Source: the human T2T-CHM13v2.0 reference genome, Homo sapiens. Taken from it: a DNA stretch of 64,000 nt. The notes under the pieces were generated by a model. The model searched no databases and had not been told where the DNA came from. It saw only the letters and a list, made by a program, of their open reading frames with translations. The position numbers and the translations under genes were made by a program. Location: the NCBI RefSeq assembly GCF_009914755.1, contig NC_060925.1; one strand, written 5' to 3'. This document shows positions 29,670-43,581 of this stretch, in pieces (position 1 is the stretch's first letter; each line of letters starts with the position of its first letter).

Positions 29670-29770
29670 ATGGTGTGGTCGCTCGATTCTCCCAGTGCCT
29701 GGCTGAGTTTCGGACGTGGTTAAGAACCAACTGGTTGAGGTTCAATGCAGACAAGACGGATGTGATGCTG
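29670..29770 (+). CDS. MIER1: MIER1 exon 2A, 101 nt
   Basis: Acceptor ctttcctttgatccag| and donor CTG|gtaggc. Encodes (Y)GVVARFSQCLAEFRTWLRTNWLRFNADKTDVML. Confidence 0.88.
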
Positions 29771-32417
29771 GTAGGCAGGGGTACACTTGGAGATTAAGGG
29801 AGGGAAAATCCAAACTCCCTCAAGTAATATAAGATTATATTACTCTTCTTATATGTTCCAGTGTTTGAGAACTGATGGGCCAAAAATTTCCAGAATTTGG
29901 GTGAGATAAAAATAACATGTCATCAATGTAAAAACCATAATCATAGTTTGTAATATTCTGATAAAATGGGGCCACTGGATAAAACTGTAAAAATTATGAA
30001 AAGAAAATCCAAAACTGTTATTTGAAGAACCAAAAGCCTATATAAGTGTTTTAGAGTGGCATTAATAACAAAAAATGAAACTAACGAAAGATGATGCTGA
30101 TTGTCACTATAGATGTGGGGCTTCCAAATGTAATAGGCTAAGTTTTTTAGATGTAGGTATTTTCAACCAAATTAGTAATTATCCATAAAATTTTACCACC
30201 ACATCATAAAGACATGGTGTAGGCTGTTGCTTTTAAATAAAAATTTCAGGAAATAGTTTATAAACTAATCTCAAAAGAGACTCATGGACGCTGAAAATTG
30301 TTAGATATAGAATTTTTTAGTTTTGGATGTGTTGTATTAATCTATTTCAGTCAGCTAACCCCAGAGTCTAAATTGTTATAAGTACAGTATTTTCTTGGTG
30401 CATTTTGAGAGGTACCTTTTTGGATTGCATAACAGATAGGTTTATATAGTATATATATGTATGTTACTTGTATTTGAATCAGGTGTTGGTACTGAATAAA
30501 AGGTTATATTTCTTAGGTATATGTAAATTGCCAAAGAAGTTTGTTCATTGGTTCGTTTAAGGTACTGGTTGAAGTAAGATTGTGCTCCTAAATGCTTTTG
30601 TTAAAAGCATAATAATAACTGAGGGGTTTGTGTGTGCGTGCGCCTTATAGCCTCTATAGAATTGTTCAATAACTTTTGAATGGAAGATTCAGTAAATTGC
30701 TTACAAATGATTTATCAATATAATAGCAGTTTTAAGTAGCTTAATGTCATAAAAATTAATGTTACTTTGCCTGAAAATAAGGAGGCTTTTAGGTGGGGAA
30801 TAGGAGCTGAAGAGGCATTTATTCAGGCTTTGTATAGTGGTTTTTTGTTTTGGGACATTAATCACAAACCTCACATAAAATTGGAATTCAGCACACTTTT
30901 TTAGTTTAAAAATTTTATACACAATTCCAACAGAACTACTGTTTTGGATATCACATTAATAAATAACAAAGTGTAATAATTTTAAGCAGACACAATTAAT
31001 GGTGCATTTTCTTATGCCTTTAGCTCTCTCATGTCCTATTTTCAACTCTTCTAGTATGAATAGGCTTTAAAAATAAATTTTTTTTTGTTAACCCAAGTAT
31101 AAATATTAACTGTTTGCATTTGGATACAAAGAAGATATCTGTTGAATTAATCCAAAGTGCTGAAGAACTAAGGGTAATGGATGGAAACAACAAGGAGGTA
31201 GATTCTGGCATAATAAAAGAAAGAATGTTTTAAACATTTGAACTTTTTTTGAAAAGAGCAGCCTTTTTATGAGATATAGTGAGTCACTGGAGGGGTTTAA
31301 ACATAGGCAGAAAGCCTGGTAGTAGAAGCATGATGAGAGATTACTATCTTGACAGGGTAGAGAATTGACTAAAAGATCTCTAAGGTCCCATCCAACACTA
31401 AAATTCTATAACTAGTGAATAGTTAATTTTTATATATTTAATACTGAAGAGGGTAAGTAAGCGTTTTGAGAAAGACTTTTCATTCCGTAAGGTGGCTCCT
31501 GAAAATTTTACAGTTAGGTGTATCACTAAAATAAAATAATAGTGGAAGGATACTGAATTCAGTGGTAATGTGTTACCTATGAATTGCAGTATTAGAGCTG
31601 TTTCTTTTTTATAATATCTGAACCTAAAAAACCCACTGAATCCACATTTATAAAAAGGGGAAGGGGAAAAATATAGAGAGTTTTTTTCCCTCAATAATAA
31701 TAATACCATTTAAAACTAGTAATATTGATACACAATATTAATAAACTTAAAGAGTTATTTAACAGTAAGATAGATACCCATTCAGAAATGTTTCAGACTT
31801 CCATTTTCCTGACAAGTTTAGGATTCATTCAGTAGGTTAATAGACTATGATCCCCTGCTCTTTATCATAGTTGGGATTTCTGTTGGTAGTTTAACTGAAG
31901 AATCAAAGATTCAGTGTACTTAAGCAAGTTATTTCTGTACCTTGTATTGTAACACTTTTAATTTTCCTTTGGTAGCCAAATTTCATAAATTAGCTTTCAT
32001 ATGTTAATGGAAAACCCTCCTTCATCTCCATGGTATAAAGCCTGAGTTTGTACCTCTAGGCCCCTAATTGTGTCTGTACCCACCTCAGGTCCATGTATAT
32101 CCATTGTTCTTTGCCTTCAGCTCTTTTCATTAAGTGTATTGATTGAAAACTATTTGGATATGAACTGACACTTTTAAAAAGTCATTTTTATTTCAAGTCC
32201 AGAGGATTGACATAATTCAACAGGGTAACTATTAGAAACTATATACCTCTGCTAAAATATTTATTCCCCCAAGGAATCCTGAAAAACACTTTTATATAAG
32301 TTTTCTAAAAAATAAAATGAAAATACTGTACAGTACAGTTAATGGTAAAAATTGTTTGTAGATTTGGGAACCTTAAAGTTTTCCTTTCTCTTCTTTCCCT
32401 TGCTTTTCTTTCAGTAG

Positions 32418-32491
32418 AAAATGTGCATCAGATGTTTATGTTTAATTGGTTTACAGACTGTCTGTGGACTCTTTTCCTGTCAAATTACCAG
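32418..32491 (+). CDS. MIER1: MIER1 cassette exon 3A (74 nt); coding from ATG 32432: MFMFNWFTDCLWTLFLSNYQ
   Basis: Long pyrimidine tract plus cagtag| acceptor, and donor CAG|gtaatg. The 20 codons join PSVESSSP in frame and match the recalled MIER1-3A N-terminus. Confidence 0.85.
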
Positions 32492-33519
32492 GTAATGTCC
32501 TTTCACTTAGCAGCTACTTCATATATCTGTAAATGCAGTTTATTCATGCACAGATTATTATTGGACATAACAGTTTCAAATTAACATTGAATCTTTGGAA
32601 ATAGGAAAATGCTTGATAGAGTCTAGAATTTTAAGGGAATATAAATAATTTAATAGCCTCCCCTATATTGCATTATAAGTTAAGTATTAACTTTAAGAAA
32701 AATTGTATATGTACACATTTATGCAATGTAGTATTGGTTCACATTATTTGGAAGGAATGAATAATTCTCGTATTTAAATGGTTGATTTTGGTAGCCACTT
32801 TTGAAACTGCATTAAGAGGAACCCTTGAAGATTAGGAAAAAAATCCCAGTCTTTTGAAATAAAGACTTTCAAACTGGTTTAGTAAAATATGTTAGTGACT
32901 GTTTTAATGTCACCTTTGTGTTATTCAGTATGTGCCTTAGTATAATGGAAGTGAAACATGTTAGTTACTTTGAAATCATTGGTTCTGGCCATCATCAGCA
33001 TTGGCATCACGGCCAATTGGCAGCTGTAGGCCAATACATTAAAATAAACTTTCAAGTTACAGGCATTTCAGGCATTGCAAATAAGTAGGTTCTCCCTCCA
33101 TGCTACTAAATAGATGATATCCATAAAACAGTCAATTTTCAGTATTTTAAATTTTGTCTAGTTGTGCAAAATTCAGTACATAACTGTGTTGCTACCGGCA
33201 TGACAGAAGTGTGTGAGAAAACGCAAATGACATGAGGATGGCGGACTGCCTATCATAACCCCTTCCATTAATTTTTGCTCTGACCTCTCTAGAGATTTGG
33301 GGATATAGAATTTTACATTTCCTGTCGGGAATCTACTGATGGAGAAATATTTGTCAAGGCATAACCGCTTTCAAAGCACAGTTCTTGCCGCCGTTGCATC
33401 ACAGCAACATCCGTTTTTCAGCAAATGCATTTCAAAAACGACCTACATGTAAAATATTACGTATTTTTCCTCTGCTGTGTCAATGCTGGATGTGACTCCT
33501 TTGGCACTGTTCCTTGACC

Positions 33520-34400
33520 TCTCTGATCCGTAGACAACCCCCTCCGCCTGGAGTGGCGGATCAGCTGGAGCCAGCGAAGCGCCCCGCGCGGTTGCCCACC
33601 TCCTCCCACACCCACCTTGACTCCGCCCCCTCCGCTCTTCCCGGGGAGGGCTGGCCGCGGGGCCGCGCGCGCGCCCCTGCTCCGGCGCGTGCTCGCTGGT
33701 CTTTTCCCTCCAGTCCAGCCCAGCCGGGGCGCCGCGAGGGGGCGGAGTGGGGTGTGGTGGGCGCGCTCGGGCGGCTCCTGCGCGTTCCCGCCGAGGCAGT
33801 GGCGGCGGGAGCGGCAGAGACGGCAGCGGCCGGAGTCCCGTTGCTGAGTCTCACATCCGGGTTCTGGCCGTGACCCAGCTGCGGCCGCCGCGGAGATGTG
33901 ACCCGGCAGTACGGCAAATATGGCGGAGGTAAGGGAGCGAGCTCCCCCTCCCTGTCCCGGAGCCGGGCGCCCCCGGCCCTGGGCCGGGGAGGAGTGGAGT
34001 GGGCCTGGCCAGGAGAGGCCCGGCCCTGCTGGCGCCGCTGCCCACCTGTTGTCCGGAACAGGCCATGCTCTGGGCGGGAGCTTCGCCTGGAACTTAGTTG
34101 GGATGGGTCCGGGGGTAGGAGGAAGCGGAGGCGTACTTGGACTTCGGGGGCAGTTTGAAGGGTAGTGCAGCGTAGTAGTGCGGTGCGAGGGGGAGGGGGC
34201 GCCCGCCGGGGAAGGGGTGCCTGTGGCGCAACTTCGCCGGCCGGTGCTAGGGGCCAGGAGAGAAGCTGCTGCTTCCTCTTGCGAAGTTTTTTCCCTTCCT
34301 AACCGAGATGCTGTTGCGCCCTTCCGCGTCACCCCCATCCATTTGCGACTGACATCCAGTCTGTGTTAGTGGGGAAAACGTAAGGCTGACGGCCTTTGAT
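33520..34400 (+). promoter_or_regulatory. Second CpG island / MIER1 P2 promoter
   Basis: CpG-dense with Sp/KLF boxes (ccgccccc, ggggcggag). YY1-like AATATGGCGG overlaps the start codon (33917-33926). Confidence 0.88.
33920..33928 (+). CDS. MIER1: MIER1 exon 1B coding part (MAE)
   Basis: Strong Kozak aatATGG. GAG|gtaagg donor in phase 0, giving MAEPSVESSSPGG... Confidence 0.92.
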
Positions 34401-37400
34401 TAACTCTGTAATTTTCATGATCGTGGTAAAATGAGAGTGGATAAATTAATCTGGCCAGCCGCAATCCAGCCCTCCAGGTTGGGGGGAGTCTGCCCATTTA
34501 TCCAGACAGTTCCATCTCCCGCTCCCCAAGGTACAACCTCTGAGCTGCTTTTCCACCTCCCCCCACCACCTTCACTTTCCAGGTTTCCCCCCACCCCCTT
34601 TCCAAATCAAGGCTACCTATTCTTGTCTTCTTTCTCTTCTAATTTTTCTTTCATTGGAGAAGCTTTTTCTTGTTTCTTTTTGCTCGTTTTATAGTAAACA
34701 AGTTCCTAAAGCCCCTTTTTTTGATTTTACATATTTGGGCCGCAGTTGGCGGGCATACAACTGCTGTTGATTTATTAATCGGAACTAAGTATACGCTACT
34801 GGAACTTTAAATAACTGGAAGTTTAAAAAATGTTTAAAATATCTGAAGTTTTGTGGGATTTGTTTTGTTTCCGTTTTTCCTTACCCGTGGAAGAATTTCA
34901 GTATTCTTTATTCCTGAGAGTTCGAGATGATGTATTTGGATTTTTTTTATGACTCCTTTGAAATAAGCCACTGTAAATTTTGATTGATAAGGCATTTCTC
35001 TTGTTTGAATTGCCATTTTCATGGTTTCACAGGCACCCCAAAACAGATTTAGGAAGGAGGGTGAGATTTTGCTGTAGCAGACAGGACTGTTTGCTGCGAG
35101 TATTCTTTTTAAAACATTCAATATCTCTAATTTACAACTAAATTTAGATCTTAGATTTATTTTCATTTCTTTTGCTCTTGGTGGTTAAAGAATTGTATTT
35201 CCAGGCACATGAATTGGAGAACGTAGTACTTTCTGTTTCCCCAAAATGTGACTGCGTTTGTTCCAGTAGACTGAGAATCGGTACCTGGATTTTAGTCCTG
35301 GTGAGGTTCTTATTCTTAAGTGTTTGTTTCCTTCATGTTTAAGGAGTTGTGTGTAGCTGGATTTATACATTTTGTCAGTTAGTGTCTTCAGTGGACCCCT
35401 TTCAGTGAATATCGGGTAAGCAGCAATGTGCTACATAGGTAATGTGGTTTCTTCTTTCATGGTGTTGCTCAGGATGGTTTGAGCTTTGAGGTGTGTAGTC
35501 ATATACTAAGGCAAGATATTACTGAAGGAAAATAGCTTATACAGAGAAATTTAAGTTAAAAAACTTAAATTTAAAATTTCTGTGTTTTTAAAAAATAAAT
35601 TTTATTGCCGAGGGAACTAAAAAATCTAATATGTAAAAGAAATTATGTTAACTTTTTTGTTTTAAAAATTAAAGATGGTTGCGTTATTGTAAGATAAAGG
35701 AAAAAAATACTTTGATTCACTAATCATTTCCTAATATTTTCTAATGTATGTTTTAGTTTTCTTAAATATTTTATCAGTTGGAGAATGGAATGTTTTGTGG
35801 GAACGCATGGATTGTTCAACTGCAAGAAGGAAAGAACTGGAATTTTGTTTTTATTTGGTTTTTAGTGTTTATTTAATGACCTGGTATCTTTAAACAATTT
35901 ATCTTCTATATTCTTCAGTTACTTGTAGATAGTTTCATGTATAGTGAATTGGGGAAGAGTTAGTGGAACTTTCGTGATCTGTGTCCTACAAAAAAATCTA
36001 AGACAGGTGAAGAAGTGAAAAGTACAATTGATTTATAGTTTTCCTGGCCTCAATACTTGAATAATTATGACGATTTTTGAGACCAGTGGTTTTAAACAAT
36101 TAGACAAAGGAGAAATGCTTGGTTGGCTTTTACTTTGAGCTCTCAGTAGATTCATTCTTTATGAAGCCAATATAAAAGCATGTGATTAAATAATCCAGAT
36201 GCTGAATTATTGTGCTTTTGATCAAATAAATCTGAGGATTTAAGGATAGCTTGTGAAGTAACAGTAAGTGCAAAGCAACAGTATATATCTATTTGTTAAA
36301 TCTGAGGGGGAAAACAGGTTATTGAAGAAGTATGTCTCCAGAGAAAAATGTAGGTATTATGCTTCTGGGCTTTTAAAAAAAAAAATTGATGCTTCCTACA
36401 AGAGCATGACCCTGACCATGTTTTTCCAGAAAAATATTTAATTCTTGAATACAAAGTGCTTTAGATGAGAATAGGATATACTAATTTTTTATATTTGATC
36501 TGATTATCTTAGTCCATAATAGGAAGTATATATTGGTTCTTCAGTTGTGATAACATTAAAGCCGTATTTAATGTACTTAGAATAAATAGCATATGCTCCC
36601 TTGCTTAATACTTTTTGGCAATATTTCTCATTGCTTATTATCCCTTAAAATTATTTACCAACCTTCTAAAAGGACGCTCTCCTAGTCACACTTGAAGGAA
36701 ATTACAGGATAGTTGCAGTTTTACTAACTGCAAAAATAAGAGGAAAATGAGAGAAAAAATAAGAGGAAGAAATAGTTAATCCTTTGGGTTTTATAAGGAA
36801 TGTACTAGGGACCTTTGGGAACGAACAATTTGTCTTGTATTTTAGCGTTTGTAAACACGTAAGGGACTTTCTTCTCAAGGAAAAAAATCCATGGACAATT
36901 CAAGACCTGTCTTTTCACCTAGGCCACATTTCTGTGATATAAAGAGAAAATTAATGGATTTGCTTCTTTCTATTTAAGTATTTTAGTACTTTCAAAGAGG
37001 GTATATAATCTGTTTATTCACTTTCACACCTATCCATTTCTCTTTAAAATGGACTCCTTGCTTAGTATTTTTTGAGTGTATTTGGATTTTTTTAACGAAG
37101 GATTATGTTAAATGTTACTTATGAAAACATTAATTTCTACTCTAAGCAAAATGTGTTTCACTGCAGTGAATTTAAGCTTCAAATAATTCTCGACACTAAT
37201 AATGAATTTTTTTTCATGTTTATACTTCAGAGCTATTAAGATTTTAAAAGTAGTCAAGATCACCAGTGCGTGAGAGTCCTAAAAATCTTAATTCATTGGC
37301 AGTTAAGAGTCAGGGTACTTTAATAGGTGGGAAAGGTTTGGTGGGAGAAACAAGTGAATTACTTTAAGATAATTCTGGTAAGTGAGACTAACCAGTTTTC

Positions 37401-37914
37401 TAAATAATTCAGAAATAAAACACTGCCATTGAAGCTTAAGCATGTCTTTATGAAAAGTAATCAGCTATCTAGAAATGCCTGCCTGGCTTGATGTTCATTC
37501 AAAATTCATTGCAGTGATTAAATTGTTCAAGTACCAGTCATTGCTTGGGGCTTGTTCTGTTTGTCTTATTCTGTGGCTTAGAACAATAACTTATTATGTA
37601 GGTATGAAATTCATGAAGTAGCACCCCAAAAAATTGTTTTTGCAAATTGAGATTTTTTTAACAGTCCTAGATTTAAAAAAATAAATTTAAACATATCCCA
37701 TGCATTTAGCTGCATACTCCTTAGTAGTGTTAGGTTTCTAGAGCAATTTATAATAAAAGTAAAGTTAGGTCTTGAAGAAATCTAAATCTTTTGATCATAG
37801 AGAAAATGAAAGTGAGCAGAGAGTTTACGTAGTTTGTCCTAGGTCGTGCAATTCATCTATGGCACAGTTTAGACTGGAACCCAGCCTTCTGTATTCCTAG
37901 ATTCCTAGTGCTTA

Positions 37915-38224
37915 TTTTCTTTTTCTTTCTTTCTTTTTTTTTTTTTTTTTGAGACAGGGTCTCTCTCTGTTGCCCAGGCTGGAGTGCAGTGGCGCAAATC
38001 ATAGCTCACTACAACCTCAAACTCCTGGGCTCAGGTGATCAATCCTTCCCTCAGAGCCTCTCAAGTAGCTGGGACTATAGGCATGTGCCATCATGCCCGG
38101 CTTTTTTTTTTTTTTTGTGGAGACAGGGTCTCGATATGTTGATCAGACTGGTCTCGAGCTTCTGGCCTTAAGTGATCCTCCTGTCTTGTGCTGGGATTAT
38201 AGGCGTGTGCCACTGTTCCCAGTC
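37915..38224 (-). mobile_element. Alu (AluJ-like)
   Basis: T-run followed by antisense Alu. Confidence 0.9.
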
Positions 38225-39744
38225 CTTATTTTCTATGATATCATTTTACTTCTGAATTATTAATACTGTAGTAAATTGCTAATTTTAATTTCAGTACATT
38301 CTTAACCTTTTTATACCCCAGAATTCCTGAGAGTAATAACAAAGTTAAGTAACTTAATTTTATTGGAGGAGAGGGATGGTGAGCCAGCCCTTGGCACGGT
38401 AACCATCTTTCACCCTAAAGTAGGACCCCTCTTTCCAGGCTTCTATCCCCATCTCCATTGCTGTGAGAATCTCTGACTTAGAGTCTACATAACTAAGTAG
38501 ATGACGGCAATACTTAAAAGAAATGGTGGTAGAATTGTTTTGAGGGGAAAAATTTGTTCAGACGGTAATACTCATTGCAAATAAGCTTTTGATTGCCTGG
38601 AATAAAAAAATCTAGTAATTACTTCATGTTTTTACTATGTTGTTGTTAGGGTTTTTTTGGTGAAAATAATGGTAATGTTGTAGTTAGTTATTTCTTTACT
38701 CTCTCTCAAATTATAGTCTTCTGTTGTATGGGACATTTCCCACCATGTTCTAGAAAAATATAAAAGAGAATTATTTCAGCAAATCTGAGGCATTGAATAT
38801 TCGTTACAACTATTAGCAATTTTATCAACTAAATCATACAAATATGTGGGTGAGGGTCAACTTGCTATAAAAGTTGCTAGAGTTTGTTTTTAATTTGTTT
38901 TAGCCCATTCATACTCTGTGTACAGTCTTTCTGTCTCTCTAGTGTTGTTTTCCATCTCAGATAAGATAAATATGTACCCCCTAAAACACTGAATTTTTCA
39001 AAATTACAGCTTAAAAAATAGTAACAAGTACTAGGTTTTCTTAAAAATCAAAATTTAGAGGAAGAAAATGAAAATGTCTCATAATTCCACAAGATAATCA
39101 GTTCCCAGTGACTTTCATTTTAAGAAAGAATGCATAGTACATGAAAGTGGTTAGAAAATTTCAACAGTACAGAAAGGTATTAAATGAAAAAAGCCTCTTC
39201 TCCCTGACCCCATTCCCTAGAGGTAACTATTGTTAACAGGTTCTTGTATGTCCTTTTGAGGAAAAAAAATTTATTCCATATTATTTCATATTCCAGCCCA
39301 GTTTACGCCCTGTTCTACAGTTTTCTTTATACTCCTAATTTTTTTTGGCATTTATTTCTCTATCAACACAAACAGATATCTCTATTTTTAATGGAGTCAT
39401 AGTGTTCTATTGTTTGGAAGAACTATGTATGGAAGAACTATGTATCATTTCTAATCAGCTAATGCATGGACTTTAAATGTTTTTCTACCTTTTTGTTATG
39501 AACAACTTTGTGGTAGTGAATGTTTTATATATATATGTCTTGGTGTCTTTTTTAAAATATATCAGTAGGATAAGTTCAGGTTAGCAAAATGATCTCCAGT
39601 GTGGTTGACATAACTTTTTTCTACTGATAAGGTTATGAGTACATGTTAAATATATTTTAATGCCCAATTTTAAATCATCTTTCCTAAAAAAGGTATTTTT
39701 TCTAAAAATAGGTATTGTTATAAATAAGCACTTACTTAGCTTTA

Positions 39745-40061
<317 letters not shown>

Positions 40062-40248
40062 TTAGTTTTGTTTTTCTCTCTCCTTTCTAGTTTATGGTAG
40101 TAATTAATGGTAGATGTTGTGGGTTCTCCAGGAAGGTATTGTTAAGATAACAGTTTCTGAAGACTGATAAGTCTGACATGACAGATGACTACTTGCAGTC
40201 ACATTTTAAACATACTTTGAACTGATGAAAATCATTTCAAAAAAGAGA

Positions 40249-40638
<390 letters not shown>

Positions 40639-40831
40639 CTATAAAAGGTATAGAAGGAAGAGTCAGGGTCTAGACTTCAGGCCCGCCTTCACCACCTACC
40701 ATGGAACCTTGATCTAGTCAGTGTGTCTCCTTGGGTTTACTAATTTATAAAAGAGGTGGGCAGGGCAGGTATTATTCCTATATTTATGATTATGATCAAC
40801 TAACTAGATGCTTTTGAAAATGTGTAGCACT

Positions 40832-41179
<348 letters not shown>

Positions 41180-43556
41180 TCATATCTAAATAAAAATTAC
41201 CCTTATTCCACACCCAAACTTCCTATATTAAGATGCTAAACTCACTTGTTATTTTGAAAGATCATCATTTTTGATAATTAGCTATACAAAGTAATGTTTT
41301 ACAGTATGAAATGTTTTCAAATACCAATTTTTTAGAAACTCATCTTTGATTTAATGGGATGTATTTAACTTTAAAGAATCTAATCTCAATCCTACCCCCA
41401 AACATATAGAACAGAATTTTATTTTGGAAGTAAAATACTAAAATATGTATGGATACTAAATGTATCTGTAGGCAGACCACTCCTAGTTCTCCACTTGTGC
41501 TAATCTAGATATGCCTTTAAATCAGTCATTGAAACATTCTAGTATGTCTGACATAATCACTAATGTTACCTTTGAACACTGGGTGTTCTACTCTGTATCA
41601 GCTATGCTTACAAATGCTACTAGTCCTCAAGCATTTGGTATCTTAATCATTGGGAAGTGTTTGCAGCCTTTTTCAGAACTTTAACTATTTACCAATGAAG
41701 CAACAATCAGTAAGATATTTATTGGCATTCAGTGCTCCTGAGGCCTTTTACAAACTGAAATATATGGACACCATTTACAATTCAAAATCTCTATTGTTAA
41801 TATCTAACATCAATAAAAATGTAACTTTTATTCTTCAGTAACTTGTAATTAGAAAGCCTTTTTTTAAATCAGAGAACTGTTAAATGGAATAATTATTCCA
41901 GTGTTCATAAGTCTTATTTTGTGTGGATAGTGAGCTAGGATTAGATGAAGATGATCATTAACATTGCTTGTAGCCTTACAGAGAAGATTGTGCCTACAGT
42001 TGGGAAGTATAACTGCGTGAAACACAAGTGGATTAATATTTTAAAATATTGATTTACTATGTAATAATTTGTGTGGTGGTTAACTCCATTTTGAACCAGA
42101 AATGTGTAGCTCTGCCCAAAAGATGTTAAGCAAGCTAGAAACCCTTTTTGTGGTTGCATTACTCTTGTCATGTCACCCTACTCTCCAAGCTTCCCATTAG
42201 AGGAATGAGATTTAAAAGTAGCACTGTATTGACTGTGTTCTGGCAGAGTAACTTTAAAATAATGGTAGTGGTGTACCATTGGAAATATGCAATACTGGTT
42301 ATTGTCAGATTTTTGCTAGACAATGCTATAGGAAGGAATTATTCTAAGAATTTAACAGAAAAAGTAGGACCTTTGAAAAAGTGTGCCACAAAAGAATGAG
42401 TCACCATATGGAATCTAGAATCCCATACTTACTACAATTACATAATATGTACAGTTTTAAAAACAAATTTTAATACTTTATAGGAATTTGTCTTAGACAC
42501 ATTGTTTTTGAAAAATAGAGAATTTCCCTCTTTTCTGTTTTCTTCTTGCCTCTCTTCCCCATTACTTAGCAGAAAGAAAATACTGCAAGATCCCTATCTT
42601 TCCTTTGCTAGTGCTTTTGGCCTCCCACCATCTGTATTTTCTAATGGGCATGAAATAGATACTTCTGAATGAATTGGTGAAGTTTTAGTTCATGTTATTT
42701 GAAGCATCTTTTGAGTTTTTAATATTTGTTTTGTGGGAGTCTTATGTTTGTAGATGATTTGTTTATAATTGTGAATTAACTGAACTAAGATAAAACACAA
42801 CTGCGCATTGTCAAGCAGTAACATTACTAAAATAAATTGCTACCAATTTTATCTTTAAATTTTCAAGTTGTTTGTGGTTAAATTTATGACAGGTAGAATG
42901 GTAGAGTGGAAGGAGCATTATAATTGGAAATCTGTGCAGTCTTGCATCAGATAACCTAAACTTTCTAGGCATTAGCTTGAATGCTTGCTAATTCTGTTAT
43001 AACTTAAAAATATATTGTTTATCTGTAAAGTTAACCTAATATAGTATTTGGTGCTTAAACAGAATTTTAATTTTTCCTTTTGCTTTGTTACAACTTAATT
43101 TTTATTTGAGATAGTGTCCTAAATTGTTTCTGTCTCCCATCTTACACTCACTTTTTTTAAGTCGGAGACCAGCTTGATAGCAAACTTTGTTCATAGTTCT
43201 GTGTTGATAGGAGAAAATCTATTTCAGAAAATTCCAAGATCTAAAATCATACTACTTAAACCACATATGTTATGAAGCCCACATGTACCTTTAAAATCTG
43301 AATTCTATACTATTGTCTTTATTTCTGGATTCAGGAGTGTTTGGAATTTTTCTTTATGCTTAAATATAATGAAAGGGAAGGGATTATATGGGAAGTTTTA
43401 GTTTGTCTTGGAAAATGCAGACATTAAAACTAAAATGCAGACATTAAAACTTACTGTAGTTTTTGGCATCATAGTAGTCATTGAATAATTTCGGTAATGT
43501 TTGTGAAGATACATTATACAGAAATACTAATTTTTCCTCTTTTCTCCCCTTCTCAG

Positions 43557-43581
43557 CCATCTGTTGAATCTTCAAGTCCAG
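43557..43581 (+). CDS. MIER1: MIER1 first common exon, 25-nt microexon (PSVESSSP-G)
   Basis: Strong pyrimidine tract ttttcctcttttctccccttctcag| and donor CAG|gtaagt. Confidence 0.93.

Noticed and set aside
33457-34338. 293-aa minus-strand ORF
   Set aside because: Low-complexity Pro/Gly/Arg/Ala translation of the P2 CpG island with no recognisable domain.
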